Positions 1 through 9,414 of a stretch of 64,000 nucleotides of DNA are shown one piece after another. Source of the DNA: Siphonobacter sp. (lineage in GTDB: Bacteria > Bacteroidota > Bacteroidia > Cytophagales > Spirosomataceae); NCBI RefSeq assembly GCF_048595215.1, contig NZ_JBMDWJ010000195.1, positions 3,341 through 67,340 of the forward strand, written 5' to 3'. The translations under genes were made by a program, and so were the position numbers. How positions within the stretch are numbered: position 1 is the first letter of the stretch; every line of letters starts with the position of its first letter. The notes under the pieces were generated by a model. It saw only the letters and a program-made list of their open reading frames with translations, made no database searches and was not told the origin of the DNA.

Positions 1-1264
1 GAACTTGGCCAGTGCCTTCAATAATCCATTTTTCGGTAACCAGTTTTTCCAGGGCAAAGGGCCCACGAGCGTGCAGCTTCTGCGTACTGATGCCAATTTC
101 AGCTCCCAATCCAAATTCACCGCCATCGGTAAAGCGGGTAGAGGCGTTGGCGTATACGGCGGCGGCATCTACTTCTTCCAGAAAACGGCGGCAGACGTCC
201 GGGTTTCCCGAAACAATGGCCTCCGAGTGACGCGACGAGTACGTGCGAATGTGTTCCAGGGCTTCATCCAGCCCCGTCACTACTTTGATGGTAATTTTAT
301 AATCGAGCCATTCTTTACCAAAATCTTCGTCCTGAGCGTGGTACAGTTGCGGATACCCGGTTTTTTCCAGCACGTAATACGCAGCCGGGTCAGCGTAGAT
401 CTCCACATTCCATTTTTCAAAATCCTGACAAAGCATCGGTAAGAAGGCCGAAGCAATGCCCTGATCGACGAGTAAACCATCGAGCGAGTTGCAAACCGAC
501 GGTCGGGATACGCGGGCGTTTACGACAATGTCGCGGGCCTTTTCCAGATCGGCTTCCTCATGCACATAGGTATGAACGACACCCGCTCCGGTTTCGATGG
601 TTGGTACCAGCGAGTGCTGACGGACAAACTGAATGAGTTGCTCCGAACCCCGCGGAATGATGATGTCCACGTAACGGGTGGCCGTCAGCAGTTCTTTCAT
701 CAGTTCGCGATCGGTGGGTAATAGCGTAATGATTTCAACCGGAACGCCTTGTTCCTGTAATACCTGGTGGACCAGACCTACCAAATACTGGTTCGTATGC
801 CAGGCATCGCTGCCTCCGCGAAGGACAACGGCATTCCCCGAACGCAAGCAAAGAGCGGTTACATCGATCGTTACGTTGGGCCGGGATTCGTAGATAACCC
901 CCACGACGCCCATCGGTACCGCGATTTTCTTGAGGTGCAGCCCGTTGGGTAAGGTACGTTCCAGTAAAATCTGATTCGTTGGATCGGTTAGCTGGGCTAC
1001 ATCCCGTACGCTTTGAGCCAGATTTTCGATTCTTTTTTCCGTCAGTAGCAACCGATCCCATTTGGGGTCGCTTTGCGGCATTCGTTCGAGGTCCTTTTGA
1101 TTCTCGGCTTGAATGGCAGCCGTATGAGCAAGCAGAACCTCCGCCAGCCGATAGAGCAGAGCCGCCTTCTGAGCGTCCGTCAGTCGACGCAGGGCCGGAG
1201 CCGCCGCGTGCGTAGCCGCCAGTTGAGGAACGATGGAAAGAATTTCGGAATCCGAAGCAGACAT
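1..1264 (-). CDS. proA: gamma-glutamyl phosphate reductase; the C-terminal end runs off the window
   Basis: Absent from the ORF track because there is no stop inside the window. My reverse-strand translation from ATG (1264-1262) reads MSASDSEILSIVPQL...VIYESRPNVTIDV...VVLRGGSDA...NARVSRPSVCNSLD...SRHSEAIV...NASTRFTDGGEFGLGAEIG. These are ProA/ALDH-type motifs, including the catalytic Cys. It lies 45 bp downstream of proB on the same strand. Confidence 0.9.
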   Translation of the reverse strand, partial: MSASDSEILSIVPQLAATHAAAPALRRLTDAQKAALLYRLAEVLLAHTAAIQAENQKDLERMPQSDPKWDRLLLTEKRIENLAQSVRDVAQLTDPTNQILLERTLPNGLHLKKIAVPMGVVGVIYESRPNVTIDVTALCLRSGNAVVLRGGSDAWHTNQYLVGLVHQVLQEQGVPVEIITLLPTDRELMKELLTATRYVDIIIPRGSEQLIQFVRQHSLVPTIETGAGVVHTYVHEEADLEKARDIVVNARVSRPSVCNSLDGLLVDQGIASAFLPMLCQDFEKWNVEIYADPAAYYVLEKTGYPQLYHAQDEDFGKEWLDYKITIKVVTGLDEALEHIRTYSSRHSEAIVSGNPDVCRRFLEEVDAAAVYANASTRFTDGGEFGLGAEIGISTQKLHARGPFALEKLVTEKWIIEGTGQV

Positions 1265-1309
1265 ATCGCAAAAAAGGATTTAAGGCGTAGGAATCAGCAA
1301 ACGGATTCC

Positions 1310-2341
1310 TTACAGTAAAACAATATCGTCAGCGTGAGCGACTTCAAAATTCTGGGTTTTCAGGTTTTCTGCCACAACCCGCGAAGATTCCCGGGCTTTA
1401 GCTACGGCAATTACCTGAGCCGCTTCATCCCGGATTTCAATGACCTCGCCGCGATCAAACTCTCCCGTAACCTCCTGAATACCCACGGCCAATAAACTCC
1501 GTCGATCGCGTAGAGCTTTAACGGCTCCGGCGTCAATGCATAGCTGCCCGGCGATGAGACTACCGGTACCCAACCACTTATGGCGGGCTTTCAGAGATAC
1601 CTTTTCGGGGGTGAAAACGGTACCCGTTTCTTCCTTCAGAGCGTTGAGAATACCTTCCGGCGTATGGATGCCAAAAATGACTACCCGGATACCCATGCGT
1701 ACGGCCCGTTTGGCGAAGCTGAGTTTGGAAACCATACCGCCCAGACCAACGGCCGTTTTGGAAGTATCCGCCAGTCCCAGTATACTTTCATCAATGTGTT
1801 CGACCCGAGGAACAATGGCTCCGTCGTGATCAAGCAAGCCCCCTACGGATGTACTGAACAGCAGCGTATCGGCTCCGAGTCCAGCGGCGAGTAACGTCGC
1901 CAGCTCGTCGTTATCCGAGAACTTTAGCTCTAAGTCCGATACTACGTCGTTTTCATTGGCGACCGGAATGACGCCGTTTTCCCAAAGGGTCTCGTAGGTT
2001 TGCTTGAGTTGCAGAAACTGCGAGCGATTGGCAAAGTGGCTTCGTTCGCACAGACTTTGGGCGACCGGAATCCCGAAGGCACCAAAGTATTTCGTATACA
2101 AACCCAGCAGGAGGGGATTGCCAATGGCGGCTGCCGCTTTACGTTGCGAGAGGTCACCCCGATAATTCTGCAGATAGGCTTTACCGGCACCTACCGCTCC
2201 CGAAGAAACCAGTACAATCCGATACTGATCGTGGAGCTGAGCGGCCTGACGGGCAATTTCCAGAATTGTGGCCTCATTGATCTCACCGTTTACTTTGGTG
2301 AGACTGGCCGTACCAAATTTAATGACTAAGATAGGCTTCAT
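1310..2341 (-). CDS. proB: glutamate 5-kinase with C-terminal PUA domain
   Basis: 343 aa. Reads KPILVIKFGTASLT, VLVSSGAVGAG and NENDVV..DNDELA, with a PUA-like C-terminus (GAVKAL...SLLAVGI..V.G.F..GEVIEI). Forms a proBA pair. Confidence 0.92.
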   Translation of the reverse strand: MKPILVIKFGTASLTKVNGEINEATILEIARQAAQLHDQYRIVLVSSGAVGAGKAYLQNYRGDLSQRKAAAAIGNPLLLGLYTKYFGAFGIPVAQSLCERSHFANRSQFLQLKQTYETLWENGVIPVANENDVVSDLELKFSDNDELATLLAAGLGADTLLFSTSVGGLLDHDGAIVPRVEHIDESILGLADTSKTAVGLGGMVSKLSFAKRAVRMGIRVVIFGIHTPEGILNALKEETGTVFTPEKVSLKARHKWLGTGSLIAGQLCIDAGAVKALRDRRSLLAVGIQEVTGEFDRGEVIEIRDEAAQVIAVAKARESSRVVAENLKTQNFEVAHADDIVLL

Positions 2342-2684
2342 ACTGACGGCAAAGGTAGGGATTTGGTACTCAATCTGGTTACTATGTCTATTTTGTAGAT
2401 TTTCTGGTTTTAAGGTTTTAAAAATGACTTTTATAGACTTATTTTTATTAAATTAAAGAATAATAGGTTTGTATAATGGCTGTTTTGGTCGACAAAAATT
2501 ATAAATTTAGAAAAATAGATAGTATGGGCTAGTTGCATACTTCCCAAAGAATAATTAATTTTATGCCCAGAAAGGGAAAATTTTTTTCATTAAAATAGAA
2601 GCATGGTAAAATTTTCTACTACTTCTTTCTAAAGTCCCATTCAGGTCGCTCGCATACCACAAAACCATCAAACGCTTACGAAAG

Positions 2685-3890
2685 ATGAATCGTCGTAACT
2701 GGCTCAAAAACTCCGCTGCCATGACGGTAGGAGCAACCGCATTACCCGCTCTTCTGCAAAAGGCTTATGCAGATCCGGCAGCCCGGAATGAATTGTACAT
2801 GGATTTGTCGCACGAATTTCGGGCGGCCATGCTAGCAGACTCCATGCCGCCAGCAGCGGTGAAAGCCCGTCTGAGTGCTAACGAAAATCCCTGGGGACTT
2901 TCGGCAAAAACCAAAACGGCCGTCAATAGCTCCCTAACCGAGGCCAACCGGTATGCGATGCGAGCTACGATGGACTTATACAAAGCGATTTCTGAGAAGG
3001 ATGGTATTCCGATGCCCCAAAGTCCGGCCGGTGGCGGCGGTTGGGGTGGAGCGTCCAAAAGCTATATTAAACTGGGCTGTGGTTCAACGGAATTGCTGAA
3101 TGCCAGCTTGATGCACTTTGCTCAGAAGGGTACGATCATGGTGGGCGATCCCTGCTACATCTCGAGTAATGACGAGCGTTACCCCATGGAAAAGGTGAAA
3201 CTCACGGCGGATTATCAGTACGACCTGGATGCAATGGCGAAGAAAATTGATCCCGCTAAACACAGCCTAGTCTACATCTGTAATCCCAATAACCCGACGG
3301 GCAATTTGCTGCCCCCGGATAAGCTCCGGAAATTCATTGACGAGGTTTCACCAAAAGTTACCGTACTGGTGGATGAAGCTTACATCGATTACGCCACCAA
3401 TCCGAAAACGGATTGTATGGTCGATAAAATCAAGGAGGGCAAAAACGTAATCGTACTACGGACGCTCTCTAAACTGTATGCGTTTGCGGGGATGCGTTTG
3501 GGATACGCTCTGGGTAAACCCGAACTGTTGCAGGATATTTCCAAGTATACGATGAACGGCTTTGGCCTGACACTGCCTACCATTATGGGAGCTATGGCCG
3601 CTTTCTCGGATGCTGAGAATACGAAAATGGTACTCGACAAAACGAATGAATCGAAAAAGTATACGGCTGATTTCCTGACGAAAGCCGGCTACAAGGTCAT
3701 TCCTTCGTACGCCAACTTTATGCTCTTCCCAGTCAATATGAAGGGTACGGAACTGACCGGAAAACTCATGCAGGAAGGCGTAATGGTACGAAACTGGTTC
3801 TTCGATGGACAGCACTGGTGCCGGGTTTCGATCGGAACCATGGATGAAATGAAAGCCTTTACGGATTCATTTACTAAAGTAGTGTCCTGA
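2685..3890 (+). CDS. class I/II (HisC-like) PLP aminotransferase with a twin-arginine signal peptide
   Basis: The N-terminus MNRRNWLKNSAAMTVGATALPALLQKAYA fits an RRxFLK-like Tat motif, a hydrophobic region and an AxA site. The body has SANENPWG, ICNPNNPTG, VLVDEAYIDY and RTLSKLYAFAGMRLGY (PLP-Lys context). Confidence 0.8.
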   Translation: MNRRNWLKNSAAMTVGATALPALLQKAYADPAARNELYMDLSHEFRAAMLADSMPPAAVKARLSANENPWGLSAKTKTAVNSSLTEANRYAMRATMDLYKAISEKDGIPMPQSPAGGGGWGGASKSYIKLGCGSTELLNASLMHFAQKGTIMVGDPCYISSNDERYPMEKVKLTADYQYDLDAMAKKIDPAKHSLVYICNPNNPTGNLLPPDKLRKFIDEVSPKVTVLVDEAYIDYATNPKTDCMVDKIKEGKNVIVLRTLSKLYAFAGMRLGYALGKPELLQDISKYTMNGFGLTLPTIMGAMAAFSDAENTKMVLDKTNESKKYTADFLTKAGYKVIPSYANFMLFPVNMKGTELTGKLMQEGVMVRNWFFDGQHWCRVSIGTMDEMKAFTDSFTKVVS

Positions 3891-3923
3891 TCCTGGTAGG
3901 GACTTATCGCCCGGTACGTTTAA

Positions 3924-5564
<1,641 letters not shown>

Positions 5565-5565
5565 G

Positions 5566-5691
5566 GTGTGTCGGTTCGTAGTTAATCGTTTTTGGTCGCT
5601 AGCTAAGTATAAAGTATACATACAGGCTACCTATTGGAAACGATTGACTGATAACGGAAAACTGACAACAGAAAACTGGACACTGAAAACT
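5566..5691 (+). repeat. intercistronic imperfect long hairpin (GT-rich left arm, AC-rich right arm)
   Basis: AGTTAATCGTTT (5580-5591) pairs with AAACGATTGACT (5638-5649): 12 bp with one G-U. The outer GTGTC (5568-5572) pairs with GACAC (5679-5683). The right arm carries GAAAACTG twice and CTGAAAAC once. Confidence 0.6.
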
Positions 5692-5701
5692 AAATTTCCC
5701 T

Positions 5702-6658
5702 ATGAAGAAATTATTCCTGACTTTAGGATTAGCTGCTCTGGTAGCTACGGGTAGCTGGGCCCAGGATTCCGAGAAACGTCCCATTACGGCTGCTGAATAT
5801 GAAGCTGCTAAAAAAATAGCAGTAAAAAACCTCGAAAAGGACACGTACGTGAAAGCGGGTAGTTTTATTCTTGACCGTTCGGGTGATCCTTTCGTCTTCA
5901 AGTTTTCGGACGGTACAGAGCGTCGGGTATACCTGTACAAACTTTTTGAAACGGAGAAAATGTCCGAACTGGGCATGTACGCGATTTACACGACGCCCAA
6001 AGATGGTAAACTGAAAGCCTTTCCGTTACCCAGTCCGGATGCTCCGGGTGAAGTATGGGGCAAATACATCGACGACCTGAAGTACGGCGAAGAAGCCATG
6101 AAGGGCCTGTCTTCCTGTATCGCTTTTGCCCTGACAAAATCAGGGGTAGGCGGGGCTCCAGCCGCCGCTCAGGAAGGCGAAAAAATCGAGTATTGTTTCC
6201 CAGCGGATGCCTTGGTAACTCTGGCTAACGGTACCACAAAAGCTATTGCTTCGATTACAGCGGGCGACCAGATTCAGAGCTTCAATGCCAACACAAAAGT
6301 ACTGGAAACGGCTACGGTAGAGAAACTGGATATTCATGCTAATCAGTCTTTTGCCCTGACCCGTCTGACCTTGATGGATCCGGCGGCTAAACTGACGGCC
6401 TCTCAATCTACGCAGTGGGAATCGGTGAGTCTGGAAGCAACGGCCAATCACCCCGTACTGACGACCAGCGGCGTTAAACGCATGAGCGAAGTGAACGTGG
6501 GCGATACGCTCTATCACCGTGATGCTCAGACCAACGTGCTCAAACCCTACGATGTATTCCTGACGCAATCGGCCATTCGTTCGGTGAATAACGTATACAA
6601 CGTCAAGACTGATAAAGCTACGTACGTGGTAAACGGCACCGTAGTGATGGTCAAATAA
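5702..6658 (+). CDS. secreted protein with a C-terminal Hint (Hedgehog/intein-like) autoprocessing domain
   Basis: Signal peptide MKKLFLTLGLAALVATGSWAQ. From Cys165 (nt 6194) it reads CFPADALVTLANGTTKAIASITAGDQIQSF, and later TANHPVLT (TxxH block). The protein ends in NGTVVMVK, with no HN plus Cys/Ser/Thr splice junction. Confidence 0.75.
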   Translation: MKKLFLTLGLAALVATGSWAQDSEKRPITAAEYEAAKKIAVKNLEKDTYVKAGSFILDRSGDPFVFKFSDGTERRVYLYKLFETEKMSELGMYAIYTTPKDGKLKAFPLPSPDAPGEVWGKYIDDLKYGEEAMKGLSSCIAFALTKSGVGGAPAAAQEGEKIEYCFPADALVTLANGTTKAIASITAGDQIQSFNANTKVLETATVEKLDIHANQSFALTRLTLMDPAAKLTASQSTQWESVSLEATANHPVLTTSGVKRMSEVNVGDTLYHRDAQTNVLKPYDVFLTQSAIRSVNNVYNVKTDKATYVVNGTVVMVK

Positions 6659-6689
6659 GTAAACAACTCCCTTAACCAAAACTTGAACC

Positions 6690-6721
6690 AGCCCCTGCTT
6701 TCTAAAAGTGGGGGCTTTTTT
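6690..6721 (+). terminator. rho-independent terminator after the Hint-domain gene
   Basis: AGCCCC (6690-6695) pairs with GGGGCT (6711-6716). A T-run follows at 6716-6721. Confidence 0.7.
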
Positions 6722-6772
6722 GTGCAACGTTTTGCGAACTTCATGCATCCTTTACTAAAACGAACGCTACTA

Positions 6773-7477
6773 ATGAAGAGATTTACTTTACTCACCAGTA
6801 TGGCCGCTTTGGCCTTTTCATATCAGATACAAGCCCAAAACTGGCAGAAAACCCGTCCCGCAAGCGGATTTAATGGCATTCAGGTAAGTCACGGTATTGA
6901 TTTATACCTTACCCAAAGCTCCGCTGAAAGTCTGCGTCTGGAAGCGAAAGGCGTGGAAGAAGATGAAGTGGTCTCTGAAGTGAAAGAGGGCGTACTGGTT
7001 TTGCGAATCAATCGGGAGTCAGGCATGGGCAACTGGGGTAAAAACCGCTCGGTAAAGGCGTATGTATCCTTTAAAACGCTCGAAAAATTACGGGCGGGCG
7101 GCGGCTCAGACGTGTACACGCAGGGGACACTGAACGTGGGAGATTTATCTGTAGATCTGGGCGGTGGATCGGATGCTCGTATGGATGTGAAAGCCAATCG
7201 TTTTTCGATTTCAGCGGGCGGCGGTTCCGACGCCGATTTATCTGGCAGTGCTCAGGTATTTGACGTCTCGGCCAGCGGTGGGTCTGACGTCAAGGCTACT
7301 GGATTTAAAGCTGACGTCGTACGCGTAAAAGCCTCCGGAGGCTCGGATGCTCACGTATACGCCACCAAAGAGATTTCGGCAGAAGCGAGTGGGGGGAGTG
7401 ATATTTACTACGCGGGTGGAGCGAAAACCGTATCCGTTCGAAAATCGGGTGGTAGTGACGTGACCCGGCGGGATTAA
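6773..7477 (+). CDS. secreted GGSD-repeat protein (as I recall, DUF2807 / head-GIN putative adhesin-like domain)
   Basis: Start moved to ATG 6773 (MKRFTLLTSMAALAFSYQIQAQ signal peptide), because the 6683 start would overlap the upstream terminator. Contains seven (G/S)GGSD repeats at a regular spacing of about 20 aa. Confidence 0.7.
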   Translation: MKRFTLLTSMAALAFSYQIQAQNWQKTRPASGFNGIQVSHGIDLYLTQSSAESLRLEAKGVEEDEVVSEVKEGVLVLRINRESGMGNWGKNRSVKAYVSFKTLEKLRAGGGSDVYTQGTLNVGDLSVDLGGGSDARMDVKANRFSISAGGGSDADLSGSAQVFDVSASGGSDVKATGFKADVVRVKASGGSDAHVYATKEISAEASGGSDIYYAGGAKTVSVRKSGGSDVTRRD

Positions 7478-7525
7478 TAAAAAGAAGAGGATTGGACTCA
7501 AGCTCAGCCGTAACAGTCGTTTAAA

Positions 7526-7556
7526 AGAAAACCCCGCCTGATACGCGGGGTTTTCT
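7526..7556. terminator. bidirectional terminator between convergent genes
   Basis: AAAACCCCGC (7528-7537) pairs with GCGGGGTTTT (7545-7554). The loop is 7 nt, with A- and T-runs on both sides. Confidence 0.8.
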
Positions 7557-7557
7557 T

Positions 7558-8193
7558 TTAAGAAATATTCGTGCGAAACGAAGGAATGAAAGGTGTAGGA
7601 GCATTATCACTAAATCGGCAACGCTGATCCAACGCAATTCGCAGACGGAACATGTACTCCGCCCGCGGAATTTCAATCGCTCCGTACCGCTTCACATTGT
7701 CATTGATAAACTGCGTATCGAGCAAGTAGTACTGACGTTCGCGTAAGCGTTCGATCAGGTAATGAAAGGCTACTTTCGACGCATTAGGAACGTTGTAGAA
7801 CATCGATTCTCCAAAAAACGCCCCGCCAATCGACACGCCGTACAAGCCCCCGGCCAGTTCATTATCCACGTACGCTTCGACGGAGTGAGCAAAACCCAGG
7901 CGATGGAGATCGGTATAGGCCTGAATGATTTCTTCGGAAATCCAGGTGCCTTCTCCATCCGCCCGCGTACGGGCACAGCCCCGCATGACGCCTTCAAAAT
8001 CCGAATTGATCCGAATGGAAAAGGTATTTTTATTCAGAATGGGTCGTAAGGACTTGGCGGGTTTGTACGTATCAATAGGAATAATGGCCCGCGGCTCCGG
8101 TGAATACCAATACAGGGTTCCATCCGTGTCCGCCATCGGGAAAATACCATTCATGTAACCGTAGATAAGATCCTCTGCTGTCAGATTCGTCAT
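7558..8193 (-). CDS. aat: leucyl/phenylalanyl-tRNA--protein transferase
   Basis: 211 aa. Reads GIFPM, YWYSPEPRAII, GCA..R..GEGTWI, HSVE.Y....LAGGLYGV.IGG.FFGESMF and LLD.Q. Confidence 0.9.
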   Translation of the reverse strand: MTNLTAEDLIYGYMNGIFPMADTDGTLYWYSPEPRAIIPIDTYKPAKSLRPILNKNTFSIRINSDFEGVMRGCARTRADGEGTWISEEIIQAYTDLHRLGFAHSVEAYVDNELAGGLYGVSIGGAFFGESMFYNVPNASKVAFHYLIERLRERQYYLLDTQFINDNVKRYGAIEIPRAEYMFRLRIALDQRCRFSDNAPTPFIPSFRTNIS

Positions 8194-8347
8194 ATCCGAT
8201 CTATAAAAAATTTAACCCATGTACCGAACTACTCCGGCCTAACCAGCGGTTATAGGGAAAATAAATAAAAAATTGATAACATTCGTGTGAAGTAATTAGT
8301 TTTTTCTAAACTTTGCATCGTTTTTAAGAAACATCTCTTCAAAGAAA

Positions 8348-8460
8348 ATGAAATCACAGGCCATCATCGAGCCTTTTTTTGCTACCCAGCCACCGCGGCG
8401 GCCATTCTTCAGGCCGGAACGACGGAGGCCGGTACGCCTGTGATTTTTTGGCCGTCCGGC
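8348..8460 (+). promoter_or_regulatory. candidate arginine leader peptide ORF (31 codons, 8348-8443) with an overlapping terminator-like hairpin and T6
   Basis: My translation is ATG 8348 ... TGA 8441-8443 = MKSQAIIEPFFATQPPRRPFFRPERRRPVRL, with 7 Arg in 31 codons. CAGGC (8410-8414) pairs with GCCTG (8436-8440), and an inner CCGG pairs with CCGG. T6 follows at 8444-8449. It lies about 120 bp upstream of the first arg-operon gene. Confidence 0.5.
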
Positions 8461-8565
8461 ACACTATTTTCTTCCAGTATTGGTTGTATGAGTCGTTAAG
8501 CAAGGCTGTCTGACAAACAGTCAGTGTACTTTCATTCAACACGAGTTTCCTGTTTAAGTAATCAA

Positions 8566-9234
8566 ATGAACGAATATAAAGTCCAGGTTGCCTCGAAAGA
8601 GCATCTGTACCTAGCTGAAGAAATTTGCTGGCACATGGAAGAAAGTGCCAAGCAACGCGGTACTGGTATTGCGAAGCGGTCGCCTGAGTACCTCCGCCGC
8701 AAGATGGAGGAAGGAAAAGCCATTGTTGCCATGACCCGTAAGGGCGAATGGGTGGGTTTCTGCTACATCGAAACCTGGGATCACGGCAAATTTGTGGCTA
8801 ACTCAGGATTAATCGTCCATCCCGATCACCGCAAAAGCGGCATCGCGAAAATGATCAAGGAAAAAGCCTTCGAACTTTCGCGTACCAAGTACCCCAACGC
8901 CCGGATTATTGGTATTACCACGAGTCTGGCCGTGATGAAGATCAATTCAGAGCTAGGTTACAAACCGACTACCTTCAGCGAATTACCCGTAGATGAGGCC
9001 TTCTGGAAAGGCTGTTCTTCCTGCGTGAATTTTGACGTGCTCAGCCGTACGGGTCGTAAGCATTGCCTTTGCACGGGCATGATGTTCGATCCTTCCTGGG
9101 AAAAAGAAAAAGAGAAAAAGACGAAGTGGAATTTCCTGAAAAATGCGAAAATCTACGAGCGTTGGAATAAGATTAAACAACGGCTGCTGTTGAGGCATCA
9201 CGAAAAAGAAGAAATAGAGGAGCCCGTTCTCTAG
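8566..9234 (+). CDS. GNAT-family acyltransferase heading the arginine operon (candidate N-acyl-glutamate synthase)
   Basis: The ORF track uses GTG 8524; I prefer ATG 8566 (MNEYKVQV...). The GNAT core is HPDHRKSGIAKMI. It is the first gene of the arg cluster. The C-terminus carries CSSC-x14-CLC. Confidence 0.7.
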   Translation: MNEYKVQVASKEHLYLAEEICWHMEESAKQRGTGIAKRSPEYLRRKMEEGKAIVAMTRKGEWVGFCYIETWDHGKFVANSGLIVHPDHRKSGIAKMIKEKAFELSRTKYPNARIIGITTSLAVMKINSELGYKPTTFSELPVDEAFWKGCSSCVNFDVLSRTGRKHCLCTGMMFDPSWEKEKEKKTKWNFLKNAKIYERWNKIKQRLLLRHHEKEEIEEPVL

Positions 9235-9414
9235 GATTTATTGACGGTTACTGGGTAACTGTTCTTCGTTCGTTATAATTTTGGCGGGTGGGAAGCAATT
9301 CCTTCCCGCTTTTTTTAAGTGTCTTTCGGATGGAAATTGACGCTCAATTTCTGCCCTTTCCATAACCAGGAACGCGGAATTCAGTTCTGCAATCCACTGT
9401 CTACATTCAAAAAA

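Noticed and set aside
5-1271. ORF-track entries 5-442(+), 12-230(+), 735-1271(-), 979-1215(+) and 1073-1318(+) as possible genes.
   Set aside because: They are shadow frames of the unlisted proA reading frame (minus strand, ATG at 1264). Their translations are Arg/Gly/Ser-rich low-complexity junk, whereas the proA frame gives textbook motifs.
2350-2357. TAccTTTG (minus strand) as a Bacteroidetes -7 promoter element for proB.
   Set aside because: It sits only about 8 nt before the ATG, and the nearest upstream TTG is at the wrong spacing (about 13 nt instead of about 19). It is not convincing without TSS data.
6140-6748. 202-aa minus-strand ORF opposite the Hint-domain gene.
   Set aside because: It is fully antisense to a gene with clear signal-peptide and Hint motifs. 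Its composition (R/H/G-rich, no motifs) is typical of a shadow ORF. The same reasoning applies to 10138-10710(-), 28493-28984(+), 39248-40030(-), 41816-42418(+), 47987-48541(+), 51834-52313(-) and 53582-54031(-).
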